Part shown: positions 33,672 through 42,606 of the stretch, one piece after another
Numbering within the stretch: the first letter of the stretch is position 1
How the letters are laid out: each line of letters begins with the position of its first letter
IMG/VR virus record: IMGVR_UViG_3300050120_000152
Span: 276,345 to 340,344 of that record
Strand: one strand, 5' to 3'
Length of the DNA stretch: 64,000 nt
Notes under the pieces: model-generated
The model's input: the letters and a program-made list of their open reading frames with translations, nothing else
Told to the model about the DNA's origin: nothing
Databases searched by the model: none
Position numbers and translations under genes: made by a program

Positions 33672-33693
33672 AAAGCCCCTTTCGGGGCTTTTT
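33672..33693. terminator. Intrinsic terminator
   Basis: AAAGCCCC-TTTC-GGGGCTTTTT between convergent genes. Confidence 0.85.
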
Positions 33694-33694
33694 G

Positions 33695-34042
33695 TTATTC
33701 TATTTCCATAGATTCATCAGGCTCGCGTTCCATACCTTGAGAACCTTGTTGTCTGAAATTATCTCTAGCCTGACCCAAGTTTCTACGATCAACACTACCA
33801 CCAAGCTTATTAGCATAATTTAATGCCATAGTACCACGTTCTGTAATATCTAAAGCGATATCATCAACTAATCCCAAAGCAGCTAAACCTTCAACTGCAT
33901 CATGTGCTTGAGGGGAAGCATCATCAAAATTAAATTTATTTGATGCAATCTTTCTTAAAATACCAACTTGCAAGGGCGATAACTGTTTATATGCTAATAC
34001 TGCACCACCACCATCTTCTGTTAAAACGTTTTGAATTTTCAT
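33695..34042 (-). CDS. Hypothetical late protein (MKIQNVLTE N-terminus)
   Basis: GGAG RBS and ATAAATA upstream on the minus strand. Confidence 0.7.
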   Translation of the reverse strand: MKIQNVLTEDGGGAVLAYKQLSPLQVGILRKIASNKFNFDDASPQAHDAVEGLAALGLVDDIALDITERGTMALNYANKLGGSVDRRNLGQARDNFRQQGSQGMEREPDESMEIE

Positions 34043-34210
34043 AATACTCTCCGATGTTATTATTTATTTGAGTTTGATGATAAGATGAACATATTTTAAT
34101 GTCAAGCACTTCTTGTAAAATGAAATTAATTATGTTAGACTTGATAAGTTAATTATGAAGTCGAAATATGTCTACAATATTAAAAATAAAAATAACAGCG
34201 AGGGAATTGG

Positions 34211-34777
34211 ATGACTTGTATAGTAGCTTTAAAAGATAAAAATAAAGTATATATGGCTGGTGATTCTCTTGGTACTGACCCAGTAACCTTACAGAAAACC
34301 GTGAGATTAGATGAAAAAGTTTTTATAAAAACTGATATGTTATTCGGATTTACTTCATCATTTAGAATGGGACAAATTATACGTTATGTATTTGATATTC
34401 CCGAGCGAATGGAAGCTATTGGTGATATGGAATATCTTGTAGCACATTTTATACCAGCCTTGATAAAATGTTATGAAGACCAAGGATTCCTTAAAAAACC
34501 TGATGATAATGAATATCAAGGGGGGCATTTTTTGTTAGGATATCGTGGTAATTTTTATGATGTTCTTGATGATTTTCAGATAGGCATTCCAACATTAAAT
34601 TATGAAGCCATAGGATGTGGTGAAGATTATGCCAAAGGTTCAATGTATACCACAGAAACGTTGGAAGATAAACTAGATAAAAAACTAACCCCACAAAAAC
34701 GCCTTACCATGGCATTAGATGCAGCATGCGAGCATTCTGCGGGCGTAGCAGCACCCTATATCATATTGAGTATATAA
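34211..34777 (+). CDS. HslV/proteasome-beta-like Ntn peptidase
   Basis: N-terminal (M)TCIVAL..AGDS..K..AIGCG..A.G motif. Confidence 0.75.
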   Translation: MTCIVALKDKNKVYMAGDSLGTDPVTLQKTVRLDEKVFIKTDMLFGFTSSFRMGQIIRYVFDIPERMEAIGDMEYLVAHFIPALIKCYEDQGFLKKPDDNEYQGGHFLLGYRGNFYDVLDDFQIGIPTLNYEAIGCGEDYAKGSMYTTETLEDKLDKKLTPQKRLTMALDAACEHSAGVAAPYIILSI

Positions 34778-35313
34778 TGAATAAATTTACTGAAGTATTC
34801 TTGACAGAATCAAAAAAACCATCCCGAGTATTTAAAGCTCCTGTAAAAACGATTCTTCCGAAAGATGGAGTTTCTATATTTTTAGCTGGTTCTATTGAAA
34901 TGGGCAAAGCCGAAGATTGGCAAACTAAAGTTACCAAATTACTTACAAGTCATTACGAAAATATTTACATTTTCAATCCTCGTAGAGATGACTGGTCATC
35001 TGACTGGAAACAAGAAATAGAAAATAAACAATTTAACGAACAAGTTACATGGGAACTATCCCATATTGAATCATCTACAATTATGTTAGTTCATTTTGAT
35101 CCAAAAACCCAATCTCCCATTACTCTAGCTGAGTTGGGAATTGCTTGTGGTAAATTCCCCGATAAAGTGATAGTATCGTGCCCTGAAGGCTTTTTTCGTA
35201 AGGGTAATGTGGATATCATATGTCATCGTTACGGGGTTACACAGATTGAATCATTAGATGATGAATTAATTGAAGCTGTAGCAAAAAAATCAAACAAATT
35301 AAAGGAGAAATGA
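34777..35313 (+). CDS. Nucleoside 2-deoxyribosyltransferase-like protein
   Basis: IFLAGSIE..WQ..FNPRR..QVTWE..SPITLAELG. Start moved to TAATG-coupled ATG 34777. Confidence 0.8.
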   Translation: MNKFTEVFLTESKKPSRVFKAPVKTILPKDGVSIFLAGSIEMGKAEDWQTKVTKLLTSHYENIYIFNPRRDDWSSDWKQEIENKQFNEQVTWELSHIESSTIMLVHFDPKTQSPITLAELGIACGKFPDKVIVSCPEGFFRKGNVDIICHRYGVTQIESLDDELIEAVAKKSNKLKEK

Positions 35314-35314
35314 A

Positions 35315-35500
35315 ATTCCAATCCATATCTACCACTGCGATACAGAATCGTGTGAAGCACCAGAAGAAGAACGTTTAGTAAAATTTAGTAATGCTGAAGA
35401 ACAGATATGTAAAGAGTGTGGTGCAATATTACGTATTATTCCTTCTTTTGGCACTTTTCATTTGAAAGGTCATTGGTGGAAAACGATGAAATCTTATTAA
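35315..35500 (+). CDS. FmdB-like zinc-ribbon protein, apparent ATT start
   Basis: (I/M)PIHIYHCDTESC..ICKECG..FHLKGHWW. AAGGAG 7 nt upstream of ATT. In-frame TAA at 35300 and no ATG/GTG/TTG before the motif. Confidence 0.7.
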   Translation: MPIHIYHCDTESCEAPEEERLVKFSNAEEQICKECGAILRIIPSFGTFHLKGHWWKTMKSY

Positions 35501-35502
35501 TT

Positions 35503-35868
35503 ATGACGCGAGTATTTGCATTTGATGTTGATGAAACTTTAGACATATCGAATGGCCCAATTGGAGTAAAAGTAATTGAGCTTTTATATAATGCTGGTCA
35601 TATTGTAGGTATTTGTGGAAATTTCCCACAATTTATACGTGAAGTACCTAATTGGAATAAGATGGTATCATTTATTGGACAATTTTATCCATTATTGACT
35701 AAAGATCAGTTTTTAACGCAAATCAAAACATATGTACAGGCCGATGAATATATTATGATAGGAAATGATCCAGCGCATTATGGTAATTCTAATGACATAG
35801 ATGCTGCATTAAAAGCTGGTTGGACATTTGTTAGAGAAGATAAATTTAGATTAGAGGATTGGATATAA
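35503..35868 (+). CDS. HAD-superfamily phosphatase-like protein
   Basis: FAFDVDETLD motif I, and MIGND..D.DAALKAG. Confidence 0.75.
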   Translation: MTRVFAFDVDETLDISNGPIGVKVIELLYNAGHIVGICGNFPQFIREVPNWNKMVSFIGQFYPLLTKDQFLTQIKTYVQADEYIMIGNDPAHYGNSNDIDAALKAGWTFVREDKFRLEDWI

Positions 35869-36332
35869 TGGAATTTCGCACACGTAAAATGGTCATGGAT
35901 CGCGACCTTAACCCAGCCGGATCATTATTCGGAGGTAGAGCATTAGAATGGATTGATGAAGAGGCCGCAATTTTTGCTATATGTCAACTTAAATATCCCA
36001 CTCATCTTGTTACTAAATTAATGTCAACTATTGATTTCAAGTCACTAGCGTTCAAAGGTGACATTGTAGAAATAGGAATGAATACAGTAAAAGTCGGGAC
36101 AACTTCAATCACTATTGAAGCATGTATTCGTAATAAGAGAACTCAGCATGAGATAGTTAGAGTTGAAAAAATAGTATTTGTTAATCTTGGTGAAGATCAT
36201 AAACCTCAAGCTCATAATGTTTATTATAGTGATCCCGATGCCGTTATAGTAGGGCAGGGAGACTACTTCAAGAAAGATACCTGTATAGGTCATGATGGAA
36301 TACCTTATACATTAACAACTACAATAGGATAA
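35868..36332 (+). CDS. Hotdog-fold acyl-CoA thioesterase
   Basis: DLNPAGSLFGGRALEWIDEEA..VGTTSI..IVFV. Confidence 0.85.
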   Translation: MEFRTRKMVMDRDLNPAGSLFGGRALEWIDEEAAIFAICQLKYPTHLVTKLMSTIDFKSLAFKGDIVEIGMNTVKVGTTSITIEACIRNKRTQHEIVRVEKIVFVNLGEDHKPQAHNVYYSDPDAVIVGQGDYFKKDTCIGHDGIPYTLTTTIG

Positions 36333-36334
36333 GT

Positions 36335-36922
36335 ATGGAAGATATTTTAATTTGGATAGATTTAGAGACAACAGGACTAGATCAAGATGATAAAATGCAT
36401 GGTTGTATTGACCATTGTATTCTAGAAATTGGTTTGCATTTAACCGATTCCAATTTCAATTTATTGGATGAAGGTATACAGATTGCCATTTTCCATCCTC
36501 GTGAATATATTGATATGAAGATGTGCGATTTTGTTAAGCAAATGCATACCGATAATGGATTACTAGAAGATGTAAGTAATTCAGTAGTTTCAACTAATAT
36601 AGCAGATATGATGATTTGTCGATATCTTGAATCACATAATGTACCCAAAGGTAAATCACCAATCTGTGGTAATAATGTAAGTTTCGACAAGAATTTCATT
36701 GCCGCACAAATGCCAATGTTGATGGATTATTTACATTATAGAAAGATTGACGTATCATCCTTTAAAGAAGTCTCTAAAGCATTATCACCAGAAACGGCAT
36801 TAATAGTCAATGCATACAAATATGCTGACGATCAAACTAATCGTGCACACCGCGCTCTTGACGATATTAAAAAATCTATAGGTGAAATGCAAATATATCG
36901 TGACTACATGATTAAAAGGTAA
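36335..36922 (+). CDS. orn: Oligoribonuclease (DEDDh)
   Basis: WIDLETTGLD, MHTDNGL, CGNNVSFDKNF, HYRKIDVSS and HRALDDI motifs. Confidence 0.92.
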   Translation: MEDILIWIDLETTGLDQDDKMHGCIDHCILEIGLHLTDSNFNLLDEGIQIAIFHPREYIDMKMCDFVKQMHTDNGLLEDVSNSVVSTNIADMMICRYLESHNVPKGKSPICGNNVSFDKNFIAAQMPMLMDYLHYRKIDVSSFKEVSKALSPETALIVNAYKYADDQTNRAHRALDDIKKSIGEMQIYRDYMIKR

Positions 36923-36950
36923 TTATGAAAGCATAATTCAAGTATTATAA

Positions 36951-38108
36951 TCAATCATAATACTCTGGTAAGGTATAGTGTATATTATTTATGATTTTTT
37001 TAATAGTAGAACTATCAATTCCGTATAATTTAGCTAATGTGGTTGATCCATACCCTCTACAATTGGGTATATAATCTCGTCTAATGGCTTTTATTATTTC
37101 TATTGGTAGTTTTGCATTATGATTAATTTTTTTAGGTATATTTTTTACTTTCTCCCATTTTCGACCCATGGCAGGCAATCCATTTTCAATAATAAAGTTT
37201 CTAAGAAATAACACTAAAGAAAAATTTAAATTAATATAAAAGTAGCCTCTACTATTTAATTTAGGAATATGTTTTGATGTGATCCCACTTATTTCCTTAA
37301 GTGTTTCATAAAAATATAATAAATTAGATTGCCATGAAGCATGACATTCCACTTTACAATCAACAGTATTATGATGATATTTAATTGATCCATCACCATC
37401 AATAAAACCGATTAACATTGAGATGAATTGTGTTGGAGATAAATTATAATTTTTTATATTGGGTGGGTTATATGTTTTGTTATTTGTAATAAAAAATTTA
37501 TCAATTATTTTAATCATAGCATCTCCAGTCATAATAAACGTCGCAATTCGTTTGGTAGGTTTAATCTGGATTCCTCTTATAAATTTAATTTTATTAGATT
37601 TATTTTCATATATCGTTATAGGGCGTACTTTCCCTAAATATTTTCCTAATTTTTCTAAATGATTAGTGTCAGTTGCCGATATTTTAAGTTGACAACTATT
37701 ATTTTTAAAATGTGCATCTGCTAATAAAAAACCAATCCAATAATAACTCTCTTTACTATCATCTAAGAGTTTTTCAAGATTGAGATTATCTTTAATATAA
37801 AATTTACGTTTTCTTAAATTTAAAAGCTTTACTCTATACATCAAATCGAATCTGGTTACATTAAATTTTAATATAAAATGTTTCTCTGGCATCACAGAAT
37901 ACATTTGAGTCAAATATTCATCTTCGTCACTAGACCATATGCGGGCACTTTTTTTCACCGTAAGATTCAAATATCTTTTCCTAGCTTTAATAGAATTGGC
38001 TGAACGCATTAATATTGATGCTATTTGTGCAATAGGCATATCTTTATTTTCAATAAGAAAATTATTTTCTAGTTCATTCCATTTGCGTATAATCCGATAT
38101 TGTGTCAT
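36951..38108 (-). CDS. LAGLIDADG homing endonuclease
   Basis: YWIGFLLADA and MLIGFIDGDG motifs, N-terminal W-repeats and C-terminal HTH. Inserted antisense to neighbours with its own ATAAATA promoter. Confidence 0.85.
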   Translation of the reverse strand: MTQYRIIRKWNELENNFLIENKDMPIAQIASILMRSANSIKARKRYLNLTVKKSARIWSSDEDEYLTQMYSVMPEKHFILKFNVTRFDLMYRVKLLNLRKRKFYIKDNLNLEKLLDDSKESYYWIGFLLADAHFKNNSCQLKISATDTNHLEKLGKYLGKVRPITIYENKSNKIKFIRGIQIKPTKRIATFIMTGDAMIKIIDKFFITNNKTYNPPNIKNYNLSPTQFISMLIGFIDGDGSIKYHHNTVDCKVECHASWQSNLLYFYETLKEISGITSKHIPKLNSRGYFYINLNFSLVLFLRNFIIENGLPAMGRKWEKVKNIPKKINHNAKLPIEIIKAIRRDYIPNCRGYGSTTLAKLYGIDSSTIKKIINNIHYTLPEYYD

Positions 38109-38141
38109 AATTTTGCTTCCATTTTCAATTTGATATTATTT

Positions 38142-38690
38142 ATGCCAATTATAAAATATTTTGCCGGAATCGGCTCAAGATCGACACCAATAGAGTTAAA
38201 ATCTGTTATTTATGAGATATCTTGTAAGTTGATAGAACATGATTGGGTTTTACGAAGTGGTGGGGCCAATGGTGCAGATGAATTTTTTGAGTCGGCATAT
38301 ACAACATTAAATGGTAATAAAGAAATATATATCCCATGGAAAGGTTTTAATAAAAGCAAATCTACTTTATTTTATACTCCACCAGAGGCATTCAAGGTAG
38401 CTAAACACTTTCATTCACGTTGGAATTATCTATCACAAGCTGCACAAAAATTAATGGCACGAAATGTTTTACAAGTGTTAGGACAGTCTCTTGTACATCC
38501 AGTAGAATTTGTTATTTGTTGGACTGAGGATGGATGCGAATGCCAAAAAACTAGAAACATAAAAACTGGTGGGACTGGACAAGCTATATCTATTGCTGAA
38601 TATTGGGATGTTCCAGTTATCAATATGGCAAATTGGAATTGGAAAGACCGACTTAATGATATTACAGGAATAAACTTATATGAAAGTTAA
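38142..38690 (+). CDS. SLOG/DprA-like protein
   Basis: FAGIGSRSTP..LRSGGANGADEFFE..ARN..GGTGQA. Confidence 0.8.
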   Translation: MPIIKYFAGIGSRSTPIELKSVIYEISCKLIEHDWVLRSGGANGADEFFESAYTTLNGNKEIYIPWKGFNKSKSTLFYTPPEAFKVAKHFHSRWNYLSQAAQKLMARNVLQVLGQSLVHPVEFVICWTEDGCECQKTRNIKTGGTGQAISIAEYWDVPVINMANWNWKDRLNDITGINLYES

Positions 38691-39237
38691 AGAGCCACAT
38701 GTATATCTAGATATAGTAGAATATAATAGAGAATTTAGTGAAATTTCGCAAATAGATATAATGATAGAAAATATAGAAGATTATATGTTTTTCTTTGAAT
38801 GGTATAGAAATGATAGACATATTAGAAAAACATTAATCATAGGTAAATATATAATCGAAAATGTTACTATTCAAAAAATGAACGATAATGTAGCTGAACT
38901 TACTGGTAGAGTCATATATGACTCAAGCATTTCGTATGTTATTTCAAAATATATAAAGAATGAAGTTTGTCTAACAATTGAACAGCTAAGCAAAGCAGTC
39001 AGTCTGTATTCAGGCAAATACATGGATAATATGATTCTAGAATTGCCCGATGAATGCTTCAATGAACGATTATTGAATGTACTAGAAAATAATCCCAATA
39101 ATATTTCATCTAAAATAAAAAATTGGGCATATATGAAAATTAAATTAAACTTGGAAAATTATGAACAGTTCTGTGAAGCACGTTATACTAAACGATACAA
39201 TAAAGGATACAAGTTCGCTGAATTCGATTTTTCTTAA
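38680..39237 (+). CDS. Hypothetical protein
   Basis: 185-aa ORF overlapping both neighbours. Confidence 0.5.
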   Translation: MKVKEPHVYLDIVEYNREFSEISQIDIMIENIEDYMFFFEWYRNDRHIRKTLIIGKYIIENVTIQKMNDNVAELTGRVIYDSSISYVISKYIKNEVCLTIEQLSKAVSLYSGKYMDNMILELPDECFNERLLNVLENNPNNISSKIKNWAYMKIKLNLENYEQFCEARYTKRYNKGYKFAEFDFS

Positions 39238-39538
39238 TATTATAGCACTTGGTAGAACAGTTGATCCTGCCAAATGGTTGCCTTCTGATGTAATAGCAAA
39301 GCTTGCTGAAGAGACTGGTGAACTTGCTAGAGCTATTCAAATTAAGAACGGTAAGCTACCATCTAAAACACAACCAGATGGCGAAGAAATTGAAGAATGT
39401 GCTGATGTAATCAATTGTGCAATTGATGCTATTTCACAGGTGAATCGTGATTTATCTGATCAAGAGTTACTACGTAGATTAATTGTAGCTACGGTAAAGA
39501 AAAATAAAAAATGGGCATCATTAATTAATAAGGTATAA
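39161..39538 (+). CDS. MazG-like NTP pyrophosphohydrolase
   Basis: KLAEETGELA..EECADVINCAID. Confidence 0.8.
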   Translation: MNSSVKHVILNDTIKDTSSLNSIFLNIIALGRTVDPAKWLPSDVIAKLAEETGELARAIQIKNGKLPSKTQPDGEEIEECADVINCAIDAISQVNRDLSDQELLRRLIVATVKKNKKWASLINKV

Positions 39539-39541
39539 TTT

Positions 39542-40039
39542 ATGTTTTTTGGTATAATAGACAAATTAAAGCAACGTAGTGCAAAACGACAGGCTGATTA
39601 TGCTAAATTTATAGCTGATCGTGGGATAGCTAAACAGATATTGATAGTACGCAAAGATTTAAATATGCGTAAGGGTAAGATAGCAGCACAGTGTGCGCAT
39701 GCTAGTCTAGGTGCTATTTTAAAAAATTCTACTACTGAATATATCCATTCGGAATTAAGTTGTCATAGTTTGATGAAACGTATTATTACATATGATTCTG
39801 AAAGTTCTATGGCATCATGGTTAAATCATAGTTTCACTAAAATATGTGTCTATGTAAATTCTGAAGAAGAGTTGTTACAAATACAGTCTCAGGCTATATC
39901 AGCAGGAATATTAAATTGTCTTATAACAGATTCTGGTAAAACTGAATTTAATAATATACCAACTAACACAGTATTAGCATTAGGCCCAGCATGGTCAACA
40001 GATATTGATCCGATAACAAAACATTTACCATTATTGTAA
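39542..40039 (+). CDS. Peptidyl-tRNA hydrolase, Pth2 type
   Basis: VRKDLNMRKGKIAAQCAHAS..KI..DSGKTEF..TVLALGP..IDPITKHLPLL. Confidence 0.92.
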   Translation: MFFGIIDKLKQRSAKRQADYAKFIADRGIAKQILIVRKDLNMRKGKIAAQCAHASLGAILKNSTTEYIHSELSCHSLMKRIITYDSESSMASWLNHSFTKICVYVNSEEELLQIQSQAISAGILNCLITDSGKTEFNNIPTNTVLALGPAWSTDIDPITKHLPLL

Positions 40040-40128
40040 TATCAACTACTATAACACCACAGTCACAAGATAGAAATAATAAATTTAATATCACATTGAT
40101 AAATAATAACAATAAACAGAATCAAACT

Positions 40129-41685
40129 ATGAGCAATACTAATCTTCATAATTATCCATTTCGTGTAAATGATTCAGCGTTCGTAATAAATGAATCGGTT
40201 CTCATACGAGAAGGTATAGTAACGTCTATACCAGCTGGCGAAGTAACATCATATGGTGTTCTTATGAATGATACACAGTCAATAGAAAATTATACTTACG
40301 ATCAATTATTTGGTATAAGAAGTAATGCAGAAATATATATTCAGCAATTTTTAATAACTCCTACTCCAACAATTTCGGTATCCACTACCCCACATCCATC
40401 AAGAACACCAAAAGCATCGGTTACTCCTACTCCAACACCATCATCTTCATTTGTGATATATCCAGATGTTGCTGATAATATTGAATGGACTGCAACAAAT
40501 GGTTCTGTTATTGTACATGATGATAATTCTGTAAAATTTGTATCCAATTCGATTCAAGGTAATGTGGTATCTTTTAGTGCACCAATATCATTGATAGCAT
40601 CTACTAATTATAGGTTTAAATTAAGATTTAATGAAGGAACGTGTAGATATATCACTATAGAATTAGATTTGCAAGATGGAAGTCCTACTACTGTTTATAA
40701 ATTAGATTTGCAATTTAGTGGTACATTTCAATCCGATTTTTCTACATTAAATGATACAACAGGTGGTATTGTTACTATAAAAATGTATGCCGATTCTAAT
40801 TACAAATCTCCTGCATTAAATGCAACAAATTATAGTTTTTATACCTTTGATATAATACAAAAAAAGGATTCTTCACCTGTTCCAACTCCTACCCCATCAG
40901 CAATTGCCCAGACCCCATATACAATTCAATTTGATTCAACAGGAATAGTTGAGGTCGATACCGATTCTGGGATAACTATAGATTGGGGTGATGGTTCAGC
41001 GATAGAGATAGTTGATGGGGATGCATATGCGGAACATACGTATTCATCAGTTGGAACTTATATTGTTAAAGTATATGGTAATGCGACATCCATTGACGCC
41101 TATGAAATGGATGGAACTATCCCACCATCTAATTCAAAAATATTAAGTTTTGGAACCTATAATGTAGAAAATATTCAGGTGCCACATTCAGTGTATGAAG
41201 TTCCCGATCAAATACCTTCTACATTAACTAAGCTGAATTCTATGTTTGGTGGTACATTAGTGTTTAATCAAGACATTAGTTCATGGGATACTAGTAATGT
41301 AACAGATATGTCTTATATGTTTATTAATGCTATAGCATTCAATCAAGATATTAGTTCATGGAACACTAATAATGTAACGAATATGAATTCTATGTTTTAT
41401 AGTGCTAATATATTTAATCAAAATATTGGATCATGGGACACTAATAATGTAGCTGGTATGAGTCAAATGTTTTCTAGTGCTTCGGCATTTAATCAAGATA
41501 TTAGTTCATGGAATACGGGTAATGTAACTGATATGAGTTTTATGTTTTTAAATGCTTCAGCATTTAATCAAGATTTATCTCATTGGTGCGTCACATTGAT
41601 CCCATCAGTTCCTATGAACTTTGATTTGGGTGCTAACGCATGGACTGATCCACAACCTGTTTGGGGGACTTGTCCCGGTGCATAA
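40129..41685 (+). CDS. Surface/virion protein with PKD-like domain and DUF285 (BspA-like) repeats
   Basis: TPTP linkers, IDWGDG..HTYSSVGTY, and 25-aa repeats FNQDISSWNTxNVTxMxxMF. Confidence 0.8.
   Translation: MSNTNLHNYPFRVNDSAFVINESVLIREGIVTSIPAGEVTSYGVLMNDTQSIENYTYDQLFGIRSNAEIYIQQFLITPTPTISVSTTPHPSRTPKASVTPTPTPSSSFVIYPDVADNIEWTATNGSVIVHDDNSVKFVSNSIQGNVVSFSAPISLIASTNYRFKLRFNEGTCRYITIELDLQDGSPTTVYKLDLQFSGTFQSDFSTLNDTTGGIVTIKMYADSNYKSPALNATNYSFYTFDIIQKKDSSPVPTPTPSAIAQTPYTIQFDSTGIVEVDTDSGITIDWGDGSAIEIVDGDAYAEHTYSSVGTYIVKVYGNATSIDAYEMDGTIPPSNSKILSFGTYNVENIQVPHSVYEVPDQIPSTLTKLNSMFGGTLVFNQDISSWDTSNVTDMSYMFINAIAFNQDISSWNTNNVTNMNSMFYSANIFNQNIGSWDTNNVAGMSQMFSSASAFNQDISSWNTGNVTDMSFMFLNASAFNQDLSHWCVTLIPSVPMNFDLGANAWTDPQPVWGTCPGA
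41263..41586 (+). repeat. Four to five tandem 75-nt coding repeats (DUF285)
   Basis: Recurring TTTAATCAAGATATTAGTTCATGG..AATGTAAC unit. Confidence 0.8.
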
Positions 41686-41717
41686 AATATTATAAGTGAA
41701 CTTTTTTCTACAACTTG

Positions 41718-41767
41718 TATAAATAGATTTAAGAAGTGCTTGACAACATCGAAAAATGTGTTAAGCT
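41718..41767 (+). promoter_or_regulatory. Tandem late (TATAAATA) and sigma70 promoters of the tRNA array
   Basis: TATAAATA 41718-25. TTGACA(41740-45)-N16, then extended TGn-TAAGCT(41762-67). Confidence 0.7.
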
Positions 41768-41804
41768 ACATTCCTCAAACAACCAAACACAGAGATTTAC
41801 CGAA

Positions 41805-41894
41805 ATGAACACAATTAATAAGAAAAATTATGATCATAATATTGACTATAAATTTAGTCAAGGTGCTTCTTTGTCTGATAAAGGTGGCTGGTAA
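41805..41894 (+). CDS. Attenuator leader peptide MNTINKKNYDHNIDYKFSQGASLSDKGGW
   Basis: 29 codons after an AGAG RBS, lying between promoter and terminator. Contains the 5' antiterminator strand. Confidence 0.7.
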   Translation: MNTINKKNYDHNIDYKFSQGASLSDKGGW

Positions 41895-41931
41895 GTAAAA
41901 ATACCTCCAACAGAACCAGAAAAAGAAGCCC
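41865..41931 (+). promoter_or_regulatory. Antiterminator helix
   Basis: GCTTCTTTGTCTG (41865-77) is complementary to CAGAAAAAGAAGC (41917-29) at 12 of 13 positions and invades the terminator 5' arm. Confidence 0.7.
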
Positions 41932-41953
41932 GCGAAATGCGGGCTTTTTGTTT
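41926..41953 (+). terminator. Intrinsic terminator upstream of tRNA array (attenuator)
   Basis: AAGCCCGC-GAAAT-GCGGGCTT-TTTGTTT. Confidence 0.9.
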
Positions 41954-41986
41954 AAATGATCTTTAAAAACTTGAAAATATTTATAT

Positions 41987-42078
41987 GGGTAGGCACCGAA
42001 GTTGGAGAGTCGGAGGGCGCTGTAAACGCTCCGCATGAAAATAAGTCTGAGTAGGTTCGAATCCTATACTACCCACCA
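41987..42078 (+). tRNA. tRNA-Tyr(GTA)
   Basis: GGGCG-CTGTAAA-CGCTC arm, long variable arm, GGTTCGAATCC, encoded CCA. Confidence 0.9.
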
Positions 42079-42103
42079 TATTATAAACCTTAGAATACTT
42101 TGG

Positions 42104-42180
42104 GGTAGTTGTGATGGAATGGTAGACATATCGTGCTGTGAACACGATCCTCGTGGGTTCGATTCCCACCTTCTACCCCA
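42104..42180 (+). tRNA. tRNA-His(GTG)
   Basis: TCGTG-CTGTGAA-CACGA arm, G-1/C73, CCA. Two T-T mismatches in the acceptor stem. Confidence 0.85.
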
Positions 42181-42197
42181 AAGTGTTTTAAAAATAT

Positions 42198-42274
42198 ACC
42201 GCGTGGGTCTGCTTGGTGAAGATTTTTGCCTGTCACGCAAAAGATGAGGGGTTCGAATCCCCTACGCGGTGCCA
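42198..42274 (+). tRNA. tRNA-Asp(GTC)
   Basis: ACCGCGT/ACGCGGT acceptor, TTTGC-CTGTCAC-GCAAA, G73, CCA. Confidence 0.9.
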
Positions 42275-42280
42275 AATATT

Positions 42281-42356
42281 GGGAGTATGACAGTGATGGT
42301 TCATGTGCTAGACTGAAAATCTAGAAATTCTGGTTCGATCCCAGATGCTCCCACCA
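42281..42356 (+). tRNA. tRNA-Phe(GAA)
   Basis: CTAGA-CTGAAAA-TCTAG arm, TTCGATC loop, ACCA. Confidence 0.9.
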
Positions 42357-42361
42357 AACAT

Positions 42362-42436
42362 GGGTTACAAGCATTAATAGTGATGCAGGAGACTCTTAAT
42401 CTTCAGAATAGGGAGCATTACCCTAGTAACCCACCA
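42362..42436 (+). tRNA. tRNA-Lys(CTT), non-canonical D/T loops
   Basis: GGGTTAC/GTAACCC, GGAGA-CTCTTAA-TCTTC, T arm TAGGG-AGCATTA-CCCTA, ACCA. Confidence 0.8.
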
Positions 42437-42441
42437 AATAT

Positions 42442-42517
42442 GGGCATCCTACACTATGGAGTAGGCAATTTTGAAACTCAAGATTGGTATTAGGTTCGAA
42501 TCCTATTATGTCCACCA
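42442..42517 (+). ncRNA. tRNA-like gene with closed, elongated anticodon arm
   Basis: Acceptor, D-like and TTCGAAT arms plus ACCA. Anticodon arm is CAATTTTGA-AAC-TCAAGATTG. Confidence 0.65.
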
Positions 42518-42523
42518 AAATAT

Positions 42524-42599
42524 GGGTCATAAACATTAATACGTGATGTAGGAGTCCTTTAAACTTCAAAACTCGGGGCGGTACCGAGATGACCCACCA
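42524..42599 (+). tRNA. tRNA-Lys(TTT), non-canonical (C33, GGCGGTA T-loop)
   Basis: GGGTCAT/ATGACCC, GGAGT-CCTTTAA-ACTTC, CTCGG-GGCGGTA-CCGAG, ACCA. Confidence 0.75.
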
Positions 42600-42606
42600 A
42601 ACATAT

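Noticed and set aside
33650-34200. Major capsid and scaffold genes expected after the prohead protease
   Set aside because: A terminator and a convergent gene follow. No capsid-like ORF is in this window, so it presumably lies elsewhere.
41263-41586. Possible CRISPR array
   Set aside because: The repeats are degenerate, in-frame 75-nt coding units of DUF285. No cas genes or repeat-spacer array seen in the window.
41854-42275. Short ORFs in the track overlapping tRNA genes (41854-42036, 41981-42169, 42035-42247, 42090-42275, also 48232-48483)
   Set aside because: They are shadows of tRNA or structured RNA sequence.
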